Origin: an uncultured Bacilli bacterium | GTDB lineage: Bacteria > Bacillota_I > Bacilli_A > RFN20 > CAG-449 | Direction of reading: 5' to 3' | DNA: 64,000 nucleotides | NCBI GenBank assembly: GCA_947632435.1 | Contig: CANRPC010000001.1 | Span: 75,986-139,985 of the forward strand | Shown here: positions 1 through 10,564 of the stretch, piece by piece | Layout of the letters: every line of letters starts with the position of its first letter | Numbering within the stretch: position 1 is the first letter of the stretch | Made by a program: the position numbers and the translations under genes | Notes under the pieces: model-generated | Told to the model about the DNA's origin: nothing | The model's input: the letters and a program-made list of their open reading frames with translations, nothing else | The model's database searches: none

Positions 1-29
1 AATGGTTAGATGCAATTTCTAAAGAATTT

Positions 30-1298
30 ATGTCACAAACTGGAATAAGAGTTAGTTTTGATCCAGATAGTGCTATTCTTCAAAAAATTGACCAACAATT
101 AACAGGGAAAACTAATTATGACATTTTTATGTCCCATGGTATAAATTGGCAAAACTATGCAAGTAGAGATTTACTTGCTAATCTTGATGATTTATATGAT
201 GAAGTTGTTGATACTAAAACAGGTAAAAAATTTGTTGACCGTTTCAATAATGGATCAGCGGAATTAAGTAGATATAAAAATAGTAATGGCGAAGAACATT
301 ATTACAAAGTGAACTGGACTCAAGGTGCAGGTGGACTTATTTATAATGTTGATATGTTTAATGAGCATGGTTGGAGCGTTCCAGAAACTTATGATCAATT
401 ATTATCTTTATGTGAACAAATCACTGCATCAGGTATTAAACCATTTGCATGGGCTGGTGGAGGAAACTCAAGAGATTACTATTGGGATTATTTAATTTAT
501 GAATGGTGGGCAGAATTAGATGGCAAAGATAATTTTAATGAATGGTTAACATATAAAGGACCAGATGGAACATATCGTAATGGTTATCAAAATTATGATC
601 CAAATGGTCGAGGTGAAAACTTTAAAAAAGCTTTTGGTATGTGGTATGATTTAATTGCAAAGCACCCTGAATATTCAAATGATAAACCATGGGGTGCTAA
701 TTTGATTGATGCTCAAACTGAATTCTTTAATGAAAGAGCGGCCATGATTCCATATGGACAATGGGGTAAACGTGAAATTCAAAATAATTTTGGTGATAAA
801 TTTAATTTTGAAGTTAAATTCATGAGAACACCTAAAGCTAAAGCTGAAAGTGATTATTACAATTTTATGGTCGGTTTTGGTGATTCAATTATTATTCCAG
901 AGAATTCTCCAAATAAAGAAATAGCTAAACAATTTATAAAATTTTTACAAACTGAATGGGCATGTAAAAAGTTTGTTGAATTAGCTCAAGGACCATTCTT
1001 ATCATTTGATTATAGCGATTTTGATATGAGTGATTTAACAAGTAAAGATCCATATATTGCTTCAATGTATGAAATCGTTTCTAATTCAGTCAATATTTCT
1101 GATGCCACAAATTCACCAATTGTAATTTTAAATAGTTCAACAGATGTTTCACCATGGGTTAATAATAAAAGATATTATACAGATGCTGCTTCAAAACCAA
1201 ATGAATATACTACAGAAAAAGTAATGAATAGTGTATATGATTCAGCAAGATCTTCTTGGGATAAGTTCTGCCGTAATGCAGGCTTGCAAAATAGTTAA
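30..1298 (+). CDS. Extracellular solute-binding protein of a carbohydrate ABC transporter (family 1 SBP). Probably 5'-truncated by the window edge, as no signal peptide is seen.
   Basis: 422-aa ORF immediately upstream of two MalF/MalG-type permeases. Composition and size are typical of sugar SBPs (aromatic/Trp-rich, ~45 kDa). The first Met at 30 is preceded by an open frame to the window edge. Confidence 0.55.
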   Translation: MSQTGIRVSFDPDSAILQKIDQQLTGKTNYDIFMSHGINWQNYASRDLLANLDDLYDEVVDTKTGKKFVDRFNNGSAELSRYKNSNGEEHYYKVNWTQGAGGLIYNVDMFNEHGWSVPETYDQLLSLCEQITASGIKPFAWAGGGNSRDYYWDYLIYEWWAELDGKDNFNEWLTYKGPDGTYRNGYQNYDPNGRGENFKKAFGMWYDLIAKHPEYSNDKPWGANLIDAQTEFFNERAAMIPYGQWGKREIQNNFGDKFNFEVKFMRTPKAKAESDYYNFMVGFGDSIIIPENSPNKEIAKQFIKFLQTEWACKKFVELAQGPFLSFDYSDFDMSDLTSKDPYIASMYEIVSNSVNISDATNSPIVILNSSTDVSPWVNNKRYYTDAASKPNEYTTEKVMNSVYDSARSSWDKFCRNAGLQNS

Positions 1299-1303
1299 AG
1301 ATT

Positions 1304-2242
1304 ATGAGTGGGGCTTTTGTAAAAAAAGAGGATAAGCAATTTGAAAAACGCAAGCGCAAATTTCCGCGTACTGCGTTTTTCATTATATTAATGCTATTTT
1401 ATCCTATATTTCATTTTTTATTGATGTGGTTTGGTGTCAATATAAATTCGATATTATTAACTTTTCAATACGTTAAACCAGGTGGTGCACATCTAGAATG
1501 GGTACCAATTGATCAATTATTTATTAATTATATTAATATATTTAAAGATTTTTCCGACCCTCAAGTTAGTAGTATGTATACAGCAAGTTTAGTTTATTTT
1601 GTACTAAACTGTTTGATAACATTACCAATATCATTATTGTTTGCTTACTTTATATTTAAAAAAATTTACGCTGCAGGTGTTTTTAAAGTTATATTTTATC
1701 TTCCATCAATTCTCCCTATTGTCGCACTTACATTAGTGTATACAATGGCATTTGGTAACAAAGGATTTTTAACTCCTTTGTTTGGATGGTTTGGTGTTGA
1801 TACATCGACATTCTTTTTAGGAAAAACGGCAAAATGGATGGTTTGGATTTTCTGTTTCTGGACAGGAATAGGATACAATGTCATGATGCTAACTGCTGGA
1901 ATGGCACGTATTCCAAGAGATATTCTTGAATCATCTAAGATGGATGGAGTTCCACCTCTTAAAGAATTTATCTATATTATTATCCCATTAACATGGCCAA
2001 CAATAACAACATTATTTATTTTTGGAATGATGGGAGTATTTGGAACATATTTGCAACCTATGTTATTAGTTCAAGGTCAACATGGAACTAATACGATTGG
2101 ACTTCAAATATTTAATGAAGCAAATAATGTTGCTAAAAACCATCCTGCTACAATAGGACTATTTTGTACTATGATTGGTACACCAATTGTTTTAGGTGTA
2201 AGAGCGTTGTTAAATCACTTCTTTAAGGAGGTGAACTTCTAA
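1304..2242 (+). CDS. Sugar ABC transporter permease (MalF/UgpA-type)
   Basis: 312 aa with about 6 TM segments. Basic N-terminus then a hydrophobic helix. It is followed by a second permease whose ATG overlaps the stop (ATGTCA at 2242). Confidence 0.75.
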   Translation: MSGAFVKKEDKQFEKRKRKFPRTAFFIILMLFYPIFHFLLMWFGVNINSILLTFQYVKPGGAHLEWVPIDQLFINYINIFKDFSDPQVSSMYTASLVYFVLNCLITLPISLLFAYFIFKKIYAAGVFKVIFYLPSILPIVALTLVYTMAFGNKGFLTPLFGWFGVDTSTFFLGKTAKWMVWIFCFWTGIGYNVMMLTAGMARIPRDILESSKMDGVPPLKEFIYIIIPLTWPTITTLFIFGMMGVFGTYLQPMLLVQGQHGTNTIGLQIFNEANNVAKNHPATIGLFCTMIGTPIVLGVRALLNHFFKEVNF

Positions 2243-3186
2243 TGTCAGTTTCTGCTTTTGTTAAACAAAAAATAAAAAACAAACGCAATCAGCTTCGTCA
2301 AGCAGATTATGAAAGAAAAAACGATCTTTTATATAAAAGGCATCGTAGTGAAAAAGTATTGTATATAGCAATGTTTATTATATTTTTATTCTTTGCTATC
2401 ACATATATTTTCCCTTTTATTTGGGTTTTATATAACGGATTTAAAACAAGAACAAATTTTGCCAATGATTATATTGGTTTACCAACAAGTTGGACATTTA
2501 AAAATTTTATTGATGCCTTTACTTATTCTAAGCCTGAAACTCAAGGCTTTAACATATTTCAAATGTTAGGAATGTCAGTACTACTTTCCGTTTGTGGCAC
2601 ACTTGTAACAGTATTTGTATCTTGCTGTGCTGCTTATGTTGTAGCAAAATACGAATTTCCAGGTAGAAGTTTAATTTTAGGAGTAGTCATATTTACAATG
2701 ATTATTCCAATAGTTGGTTCATTACCAAGCCAAATTCAATTAATGAAAAATCTTGGACTTGATGGGAAAATAATTGGAGTAATTTTCTTATATAGTGGAG
2801 GCTTTGGAATGAATTTTATGCTGCTATATTCATTCTTTAAAAATTTATCTTGGACATATGTTGAAGCGGCTAAAATTGATGGTGCATCAGATTTTAGAAT
2901 TTTTAGATCTATCATCTTACCAATGGCAAAAGGACCAATTATTGCAATTTCTATTATTACTTTAATTGGACAATGGAATGATTATATGACTCCAATGATA
3001 TATCTTCCAGATAAACCTACAATTGCTGTCGGATTAAAACTATTATCAGATGCTATGCAACAAGAAGGCAATTACGTATTATTATTTGCCTCAATTACAT
3101 TAGCAATATTACCAATTATTCTTATGTTCTGTTTTTTCTCAAAAACAATTATGGAAAATACTTCAGTCGGTGGACTAAAAGGTTAA
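2242..3186 (+). CDS. Sugar ABC transporter permease (MalG/UgpE-type)
   Basis: 314 aa, polytopic. An EAA-like loop region (AKIDGASDFRIFRSIILP) is typical of ABC permease MalG-type subunits. Confidence 0.75.
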   Translation: MSVSAFVKQKIKNKRNQLRQADYERKNDLLYKRHRSEKVLYIAMFIIFLFFAITYIFPFIWVLYNGFKTRTNFANDYIGLPTSWTFKNFIDAFTYSKPETQGFNIFQMLGMSVLLSVCGTLVTVFVSCCAAYVVAKYEFPGRSLILGVVIFTMIIPIVGSLPSQIQLMKNLGLDGKIIGVIFLYSGGFGMNFMLLYSFFKNLSWTYVEAAKIDGASDFRIFRSIILPMAKGPIIAISIITLIGQWNDYMTPMIYLPDKPTIAVGLKLLSDAMQQEGNYVLLFASITLAILPIILMFCFFSKTIMENTSVGGLKG

Positions 3187-3206
3187 TAAAAAAGGAGATA
3201 TAAAAT

Positions 3207-4589
3207 ATGAAAAACAAAAAAGTATTAATTCTTTCACTATCATTACTCTTTGTAGGATTATCTTTGACAAGTTGTAATTCTAATCAAAACTCTTCAAATT
3301 TAGAGGATAAGATTGTATTAACAATCTCTGGACCAACATCGGTTGAAGTTGGTTCATCAATTCGCTTAGTAATTGATATTACTAATGATGATAATCGTGA
3401 AGGCTATGTAGTTACAAGTTCAGATTCAAATATTGCCACAGTTTCTCAAGAGGGTGTTGTTACAGGAGTTAGTGAAGGATCAGTAACAATTACTGTTACT
3501 TCAAGAGCAGATGAAGAAGTTGTCAAAACATATATTATTGATGTTGTAGAATCGACAATTCCAACTTTAGAAATTAAAGCTAGTACTGATGCAACAACAG
3601 TTTTCGGCTCAGTTGTTTTTTCTGCTGAAATACATAATCCAAATAATTTTGAAGTTAAATATAAATGGTCTTTAAAATATGGTCATGGAACATTAGTGGG
3701 CAACAAATCAGAAAATGTTGAATTTATGGGTTTAAGTTCAGGCGATGATGTTGTAGAACTTGAAGCACAAGTTGGACCATATACTTTAAAAACATCAAAA
3801 CATATTTATGTTGGCGAAAACTACGCTAATTGGACAGAAATTAAAACTAAAGATGAATTGCTTAATTTAGTAAATAAAACAGGTGATCACACTGGAAATT
3901 ATTATTTAAGTGATGATATTGATTTAGAAGGAACAGACATTCTTTATAATGCTGCTCGAGGTGGATTTGGTGGTACTTTAGATGGTCGAGGACATAAAAT
4001 CTACAATTTTAAAGTTCAAGGTAATCCTTCAGGAGAAGGTTATGATGGTGCAGGTCTTTTTTCTAAGATAACTGGTGCTGTAAAAAATCTTTCATTAGAT
4101 TGTGAAATTCCTGAAACAGGTTCAGGTTGGGGTTCAGGTTCATTAGCGGCCACAATTACTGGTACTGTTGAAAACTGTTATTTTAAAGTTAATCATTCAT
4201 TTAACAATGGATTATGGGAAGAAAAAAATAATGGATGGCGTCCTGCATGTTCTGCAATTTCTGGTATGATGGAAGGATTAGTGCGTGATGTTGTTGTCGA
4301 AGTCGCAGACAATGAAGGTAAACATACAATCTATGCTGATGTTGCTTATCCTACAGGTGGAACCAATGCGACAGATTTATATAATAAAGGTCAATTTAGA
4401 AATTTCTATACTAATCAAGCACTTGCCAATGTCGGTGGTGAAGATTGGGATTGGGGAGCTAGAAAACCTAATTTAGCTGAATATAGTGTTAATATTAATT
4501 TTGCCACAACAAAAGCAAATTATTATGATTTAAATGAAACACTCTGGAACTTAGTTGATAATCAAGTTCCAACATTAAAAAACATCTAG
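3207..4589 (+). CDS. Surface lipoprotein with a bacterial Ig-like (Big_2) domain and a GLUG-like domain
   Basis: Signal peptide plus lipobox (LTSC). Big_2-like segment (ITVTS...VVTGVSEGSVTITV). Motif GGFGGTLDGRGHKIYNF plus GLFS, typical of the Firmicute GLUG surface-protein domain. Confidence 0.5.
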   Translation: MKNKKVLILSLSLLFVGLSLTSCNSNQNSSNLEDKIVLTISGPTSVEVGSSIRLVIDITNDDNREGYVVTSSDSNIATVSQEGVVTGVSEGSVTITVTSRADEEVVKTYIIDVVESTIPTLEIKASTDATTVFGSVVFSAEIHNPNNFEVKYKWSLKYGHGTLVGNKSENVEFMGLSSGDDVVELEAQVGPYTLKTSKHIYVGENYANWTEIKTKDELLNLVNKTGDHTGNYYLSDDIDLEGTDILYNAARGGFGGTLDGRGHKIYNFKVQGNPSGEGYDGAGLFSKITGAVKNLSLDCEIPETGSGWGSGSLAATITGTVENCYFKVNHSFNNGLWEEKNNGWRPACSAISGMMEGLVRDVVVEVADNEGKHTIYADVAYPTGGTNATDLYNKGQFRNFYTNQALANVGGEDWDWGARKPNLAEYSVNINFATTKANYYDLNETLWNLVDNQVPTLKNI

Positions 4590-4606
4590 AAAGGATGTAA
4601 AACAAT

Positions 4607-5986
4607 ATGAAAAAAATATTACTTAATACGCTAATATTTTCTTCGGTTATAGTTGGAAGCATGATGCTTTCATCTTGTAATAATGTTAGAAGATCGGTTT
4701 CCTTAAAAAATGGGGATCATTATTTTATAAATAATTCTTATATTGATTTAAATAATATTCCAGAACAAATTCAATTTGCAATTGAAATTGAAGGAAAAAT
4801 TCAAGATATTTCTGTTGGAACAATTTTAATTAAACCAAAAGATTTTAATTATAGGAAAGGCATTTTAACAATTAATGGTAATGTTTTAAAAGATGAATAT
4901 GGTGAATTAAAAATTTCTTCTGGCGATAATAGATTTGAAATTTTTACAGGGTCAACAATGTATTATCATAGTTGTCTAATGGTCGATAAAGTAATTAAAA
5001 CACCTGAAGATTTCCAAAGTATAAATAACAATCCTTTAGGATCATATATTCTTGGAAATGATATCGATTTTGAAAACTCTAATATTACTAATTTTGAACC
5101 ATTAGGTTATGCCGAAAGTGATTCCCATTATAATCAAGAATTCGGTGGAGTTTTTGATGGTAATGGTTATGCCATAAAAAATTTACAAACACGTTATAGT
5201 TTAGATGGTCCAGAAGATGATAAAGTCGATGGAATAGATCAATATGAAGGTCATTTTGTTTTCCAAGATGATGCTCATAGTGCAGGTACTCAATTTGGTG
5301 TTTTCCAATCAATTTCAAAAAGTGGCATTGTAAGAAATGTTTCATTTAATAATTGTTTTATTTTCGGTAAGACAATTGTTGGTGTAGTTGCTGGTACTAA
5401 TAATGGATTAATCGAAAATGTATTTATCGATAAAAATTGTCAAGCAATAGCAGCAACCCATTTTTATGATGATGATTGTAATGTTGGTACAATTGCAGGC
5501 ATTAATGGTGAAGGAACAATCAAAAATGTCATTTCTATGGGAACATCAAAAATCGTTAAGAATTATATTGATTATGATGATAGTGCTTATGATGATTTAG
5601 CAACGGAAGAAGTTGAAACTAGTCATAATTTCTGGAGTGGCATAAAAAGTGAAGAAAATATGGATTCAAATGGATTAGTTTCAACTGGAGTATATGCAGG
5701 AATTGGAATGTCTTGGGGAGAAGCATATGATTGTGTTGCAATGCAATTTACAAATGCAAGTGTTGCACCTAATCTTTATGCACCATTTGGTCAAACTCAT
5801 TTAGCCATTAATAAGCCATCTAGTGGTGCTGAAAATACAGGATTAATTAGTAATTGTGTAGTCTTAACAGAAGATGAAATGAAAAATGCAAGTACTTACA
5901 CTAAATTTTCATCTGCTATTTGGAATATAAGTGAAGGAACTATTCCAACATTTAAAAATCCATATCCAACTGCTAAATATCATTAA
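4607..5986 (+). CDS. Surface lipoprotein with a GLUG-like domain
   Basis: Signal peptide plus lipobox (LSSC). Motif EFGGVFDGNGYAIKNL plus GVFQS, paralogous to the motif in 3207..4589 and 19967..22265. Confidence 0.45.
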   Translation: MKKILLNTLIFSSVIVGSMMLSSCNNVRRSVSLKNGDHYFINNSYIDLNNIPEQIQFAIEIEGKIQDISVGTILIKPKDFNYRKGILTINGNVLKDEYGELKISSGDNRFEIFTGSTMYYHSCLMVDKVIKTPEDFQSINNNPLGSYILGNDIDFENSNITNFEPLGYAESDSHYNQEFGGVFDGNGYAIKNLQTRYSLDGPEDDKVDGIDQYEGHFVFQDDAHSAGTQFGVFQSISKSGIVRNVSFNNCFIFGKTIVGVVAGTNNGLIENVFIDKNCQAIAATHFYDDDCNVGTIAGINGEGTIKNVISMGTSKIVKNYIDYDDSAYDDLATEEVETSHNFWSGIKSEENMDSNGLVSTGVYAGIGMSWGEAYDCVAMQFTNASVAPNLYAPFGQTHLAINKPSSGAENTGLISNCVVLTEDEMKNASTYTKFSSAIWNISEGTIPTFKNPYPTAKYH

Positions 5987-6017
5987 TTTTATTCAATCTA
6001 ACAAGAGGAGATTTTAT

Positions 6018-9000
6018 ATGGTTAAATATTATTTCTCAGGTGATACTTTTTTCATTGATGATTTTCAAAATGCTAAAACATTTTCATCGTTTTTTCCTGC
6101 TGTAAGTGGAATTGATGGTAAACCAATGTGGACATTTTATTGTTCTAAAGGACAAGCATTATCTTCATTTGGTGTAAATTCAAAATCTACACCAATAATT
6201 CCCTTTGATAGTGCTAATCTTGCATATCAAAATATTGCTTTAAAATCTTTTAGAACTTTTATAAAGTGTAATGATGAATATCTTGAACCATTTTCATCAT
6301 TAGATAACCATTTAACAAGAATGGAAATAGATAAAGCAAAATTATCAATTTCAGAAGAAGAAAAAGATTTTAAAATTAAAATTATTTACTCAAATGTTCC
6401 ACATCGTTGTTACAGTGGTTTAATTAGAAAAGTTAAAATTACTAATACCTCTAATGAAACTAAGCATTTTAAAGTTTTAGATGGTTTACCAATTTTCTTC
6501 CCTCATGGACTTTCAAATTTTGATTATAAAGAATTAGTTTCTTTAATGGCGGCTTATTGTCAAGTTCATGATTTAGAAAAAAAGATGCCATTTGTTAAAT
6601 TTAAAACTTCAACTGCCGATTGTAGCGAAGTAAAAGAAGTTAAAAGTGGAAATGCTTTTGTAAGTGTTGATAAAAATGGGAAGCTATTAGATAATGTCGT
6701 GGACTTAAAACTAGTTTTTGGTGAAGATTTATCTTTAAAAGATGCTCGTAATTTTAGATTAAAAGAAAATATATTAAAAGAAAATCAACAAATTGAAAAC
6801 AAACTTCCATGTGCTTTCTCTTTTAGTGAATTTACATTAGCAAAAGATGAAAGTTATGAATTTGCTTCTATATATGGTAAATTTGACAATCAAGAAACAT
6901 TTTTTCAAGAATTATCAAATATTGATTTAAAAACTATTGATAAAATGATTGATGATAGTGAAAAACTAATTGATGATTTACTTTCACCAATTGAAGTATC
7001 TAGCAATTTACCTTTATTTGATAAATATGCTAAACAATCACTTTTAGATAATAATCTTCGTGGAGGATTCCCTTTAGAATTAGCAAAAGGTGTCCCATAT
7101 TATGTTTATGGTCGTAAACATGGCGATATGGAAAGAGACTATAACTTCTTTAAAATTCGTGATACATATTTTTCATCTGGAGAAGGTAATTTTAGAGATG
7201 TAAATCAAAATCGTCGAAATGACATATATTTTTATCCTTTTGTTAAAGATTATAACATTAAAATATTCTTTGATTTAATTCAAGTCGATGGTCAAAATCC
7301 ATTAAATGTTAGACCACCAAGATTTGTTTTAAATAATGAAGAAATACTAAAAAATATTAAAGATAATGAATTGAAAAATATTTTAAGTAAACCTTATGAA
7401 CCTTCAGATTTATATTCATATTTAAAAGATGTTAAACAAGATTCAGATTTACAAAAAACCTTTGAATATTATATTTCTTTATCTTTACAAGAAGTCGAGG
7501 CAAATTTTGGCGAAGGTTATTGGATTGATCATTGGACATATAATGTAGATTTATTAGAAAATTTTGTAAGTGTCTATCCTGATAAAATTGAAGAATTATT
7601 ATTTAGAGATGATTATTGTTATTTTTATTCGCCTGTTAAAGTAGAACCTCGTAAAGAAAAATACTGCTTACTTAAAGATAATCGCATTCGTCAATATGGG
7701 GCACTTGATTTAAAAAAGTTAAAAAAAGAATGCGAAAAAATGCATTTTGATTTAACAAAAACATCATGGTTAAAAAATAAAAATGGTGAAGTTTATAAAA
7801 CAAGTTTAATTTCAAAAATTGCAAATCTTGCATTAATTAAATTTTCAACCTTAGATTCTAAGCAATTAGGTATTGAAATGGAATGTGAAAAACCAGGTTG
7901 GAATGATGCAATGAATGGCTTACCTGGTTTATTTGCCTCAAGTGTTGGTGAAAGTATTGAATTATTAAGACTTGTTGAATTTTTTATAAAACATAGTAAA
8001 CAATTTGCTAATAAAGAAATTCCTTTCTTAAATGAACAATATCATTTATATCGCGATATTGAAAAATATACAAAACTTCTCAATAAAGGCCTTATAAGTC
8101 AATTTGAATATTGGGATAAAGTTACTACAAGTAGAGAAAATCTTAGAGAAGCTACTCATTTATTTGTAAAAGGTAAAATTGTAAAAGTAAAAATATCTTC
8201 ACTTCTTGTTTTATTTAAACGCATGAAAAAGATGCTTATAAAAGGTATTAAAACTGCTAAAAAAATTGGAGGAGGTATTCTTCCTTCATATCTTATTTAT
8301 GAAGTTAAAGATTATCAAAAAACAGGTTATATTAATCATAATGGATATGAAACTGTTAAAGTTAAAGAATTTGAATTAAAGTTATTACCTTTATTTTTAG
8401 AGGCATCAGCAAGATCTTTCAAAGTTGGTAAAGAAATAACATCAAGAAAAGATTATCAACTTATTAAAAAAACAGATTTATATGATAAAAAAATTCACAT
8501 GTATAAAACATGCGCGGATATTGATGAAGCACCATTTGAAATTGGACGTGTTCACGCTTTTACTAAAGGTTGGTTAGAAAGAGAATGTGTCTTCTTACAT
8601 ATGACATATAAATATATTTTAGGATTATTAAAAGGTGGATACTATAAAGAGTTCTATAATGAAATAAAAGACAATTTCGTATATAATCGTGATCCTTATG
8701 TCTATGGAAGAAATCCAATTGAAAGTTCTTCATTTATTGTCCCTACTTGTAATCCCGATTCATCTTTACATGGTAGAGGTTTCTTTGCTAGATTAACTGG
8801 AGCAAATGCCGAATTTTTAGATATGTATAATACGATGATTTTTGGAACACAATTATTTGTATTTGAAAATAATGAATTAAAATTAAATATGAATCCACTT
8901 CTTGATAAATCATTTTTTAAAGAAGATGGAACATTCACATTTAAATTATTGAATTCAATTAAAGTAACGTATTTAAATCCAAACAAAATAAATGCTTATG

Positions 9001-9116
9001 AAAAAAAGAAATTAACTTATATTATTGATGGAATTACTTATAATGAAGTCAAAGGATCTCTAGCTGAGAAAATACGCGATGGAAGAATTAATTCTTTCAA
9101 AGTTATAATTGAATAG
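6018..9116 (+). CDS. Large intracellular glycoside phosphorylase/hydrolase of the GH94 clan (GH94/GH149/GH161-like). Proposed to be a beta-1,3-gluco-oligosaccharide (laminaribiose/laminarin) phosphorylase.
   Basis: 1032 aa from ATG 6018 (RBS aagaggag at 6003-6010). The ORF-track start at 5931 overlaps the upstream gene. No signal peptide. Motif PGWNDAMNGLPG resembles the catalytic DWNDG(M/L)N region of GH94 phosphorylases. Context: GH16 and GH30 glucanases plus a sugar ABC transporter. Family assignment is inferential. Confidence 0.4.
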   Translation: MVKYYFSGDTFFIDDFQNAKTFSSFFPAVSGIDGKPMWTFYCSKGQALSSFGVNSKSTPIIPFDSANLAYQNIALKSFRTFIKCNDEYLEPFSSLDNHLTRMEIDKAKLSISEEEKDFKIKIIYSNVPHRCYSGLIRKVKITNTSNETKHFKVLDGLPIFFPHGLSNFDYKELVSLMAAYCQVHDLEKKMPFVKFKTSTADCSEVKEVKSGNAFVSVDKNGKLLDNVVDLKLVFGEDLSLKDARNFRLKENILKENQQIENKLPCAFSFSEFTLAKDESYEFASIYGKFDNQETFFQELSNIDLKTIDKMIDDSEKLIDDLLSPIEVSSNLPLFDKYAKQSLLDNNLRGGFPLELAKGVPYYVYGRKHGDMERDYNFFKIRDTYFSSGEGNFRDVNQNRRNDIYFYPFVKDYNIKIFFDLIQVDGQNPLNVRPPRFVLNNEEILKNIKDNELKNILSKPYEPSDLYSYLKDVKQDSDLQKTFEYYISLSLQEVEANFGEGYWIDHWTYNVDLLENFVSVYPDKIEELLFRDDYCYFYSPVKVEPRKEKYCLLKDNRIRQYGALDLKKLKKECEKMHFDLTKTSWLKNKNGEVYKTSLISKIANLALIKFSTLDSKQLGIEMECEKPGWNDAMNGLPGLFASSVGESIELLRLVEFFIKHSKQFANKEIPFLNEQYHLYRDIEKYTKLLNKGLISQFEYWDKVTTSRENLREATHLFVKGKIVKVKISSLLVLFKRMKKMLIKGIKTAKKIGGGILPSYLIYEVKDYQKTGYINHNGYETVKVKEFELKLLPLFLEASARSFKVGKEITSRKDYQLIKKTDLYDKKIHMYKTCADIDEAPFEIGRVHAFTKGWLERECVFLHMTYKYILGLLKGGYYKEFYNEIKDNFVYNRDPYVYGRNPIESSSFIVPTCNPDSSLHGRGFFARLTGANAEFLDMYNTMIFGTQLFVFENNELKLNMNPLLDKSFFKEDGTFTFKLLNSIKVTYLNPNKINAYEKKKLTYIIDGITYNEVKGSLAEKIRDGRINSFKVIIE

Positions 9117-9127
9117 GAGAAAGCAAA

Positions 9128-10555
9128 ATGAAAAAGAGTAGTTTTTACTTAACTTTATGTGTACTTAGTGCTATATCGTGTTTAACAGGATGTAATAATT
9201 CAAATGGTAAAAGTGAAGATGCACCATTGAAAGTTAGAATTTCAGAAACTTGCCCTAAGCTTGTTCAATGTGGCAATACTATTAATCTTCAAGCTGATGT
9301 TTTAAATGATAAAAGCAATAAAGGTGTAACTTGGACTGGAGATGATAATTTAGTTGCCACGATTAGTGATGATGGTAAATTAACAGGTCTTTCTCAAGGT
9401 ACAGTTAAAGCAACCGCGAAAAGTATTACTGATCCAACTCAAACGGCAGAAGTAGTTGTCAATGTAAATTATAATACTTTGATTTCTGTTGAAATAACGA
9501 CAAAACCTTCCTCAATTAAAGTTGGAGAAACCATTAAATTAAGTGCATCAATAAATGGTGATCCCACAAATAGTGGTATTGGTTGGATGGTTAATAATGA
9601 GGCTTTAGCTACGATTGATCAAGAGGGAAATCTCACTGCGATTCAAATGGGACTTGAAGGAAAAATAATTGTTAATGCCTTTTCGAAAATTAATCCTTCA
9701 GCTACAAGTTCAAATTTAACAATTGAAATCAAACCATCAAGTAATGGTGAAGAAGCCATTGAAGATTTAGTTGAAAAAGTTGGCGATTATCGTTTAATCT
9801 TTAAAGATGATTTTTCATCTAATAACCTTAATAAAAATAACTGGGAAGTTATGATTGGTGATGGTAAAAAATATGGAGTTACCGATTGGGGTAATGATGA
9901 AAAGCAATTTTATCGCGAAGATAATATTAAATTTAAAGATCAAGAAATGTATATTGTTGCTAAAAAAGAGACAGAACGTAATGATACAAGAGGAAAAACT
10001 TATACCAGTGGACGAATTCGTTCTGAAAATTTAGTTTCTTATACATATGGTAGAATTGAAGCTCGTATTGCTTGCCCATTTGGTGATGGTCTATGGCCAG
10101 CATTTTGGATGTTACCTGATTCAAAAGATAATCCTTATGGAGGTTGGCCAAACAGTGGTGAAATCGATATTATGGAAGTAAGAGGTCGTCAACATTATTC
10201 AATGTTTGGAACAATCCATATTTCCGATGAATATGGAATTCATGATACACGTGCTTCTGATTATTTATTTCCAGAAGGTCAAGATATATCTAATTATCAT
10301 AAATACGCGGTTGAATGGGAAGAAGGATCTATTAAATGGTTTTGTGATGATGTACTTTATCTAACAATTGATAAAGATCATAATCCTTGGACATTAAAAG
10401 AAGGTACAGGAGTTTTCCCTTCACCATTTGATAAAAAATTTCATATTTTAATTAACATGGCAGTAGGAGGAAATTTTGATGGCAATCGTTTACCATTAGA
10501 TAAAGAACTACCAGCTTATATGAAAATTGATTATGTAAAATGGTTTAAAAAGTAG
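9128..10555 (+). CDS. GH16 endo-beta-1,3(4)-glucanase (laminarinase) lipoprotein with two N-terminal Big_2 domains
   Basis: Signal peptide plus lipobox (LTGC). Two Ig-like segments. The C-terminal domain has the GH16 catalytic motif SGEIDIMEV (ExDxxE) and WPAFWMLP. Confidence 0.75.
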   Translation: MKKSSFYLTLCVLSAISCLTGCNNSNGKSEDAPLKVRISETCPKLVQCGNTINLQADVLNDKSNKGVTWTGDDNLVATISDDGKLTGLSQGTVKATAKSITDPTQTAEVVVNVNYNTLISVEITTKPSSIKVGETIKLSASINGDPTNSGIGWMVNNEALATIDQEGNLTAIQMGLEGKIIVNAFSKINPSATSSNLTIEIKPSSNGEEAIEDLVEKVGDYRLIFKDDFSSNNLNKNNWEVMIGDGKKYGVTDWGNDEKQFYREDNIKFKDQEMYIVAKKETERNDTRGKTYTSGRIRSENLVSYTYGRIEARIACPFGDGLWPAFWMLPDSKDNPYGGWPNSGEIDIMEVRGRQHYSMFGTIHISDEYGIHDTRASDYLFPEGQDISNYHKYAVEWEEGSIKWFCDDVLYLTIDKDHNPWTLKEGTGVFPSPFDKKFHILINMAVGGNFDGNRLPLDKELPAYMKIDYVKWFKK

Positions 10556-10564
10556 GAGGAAACT

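Noticed and set aside
1696-1884. Short antisense and nested ORFs from the six-frame track. Examples: 1696..1884-, 4285..4476+, 5088..5345-, 8702..8986-, 9960..10151-, 10938..11210-, 18452..18706-, 20047..20259-, 24205..24390-, 25241..25426+, 25522..25704-, 26999..27205-, 37797..38012-, 39125..39385-, 42470..42667-, 44309..44578-, 44981..45163-, 50262..50561-, 52735..52989-, 53404..53655-, 54324..54557-, 55123..55413-, 58853..59035-, 59893..60138-, 60934..61191-, 15895..16089+.
   Set aside because: Each lies entirely inside a longer, well-supported ORF on the other strand or frame. None has an RBS or an independent motif. Several are products of low-complexity AT-rich antisense sequence.
5931-6017. 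ORF-track start of the large glycoside phosphorylase at 5931
   Set aside because: It overlaps the upstream lipoprotein gene by 56 nt. The internal ATG at 6018 has a strong RBS (aagaggag) and an MVKYYF start.
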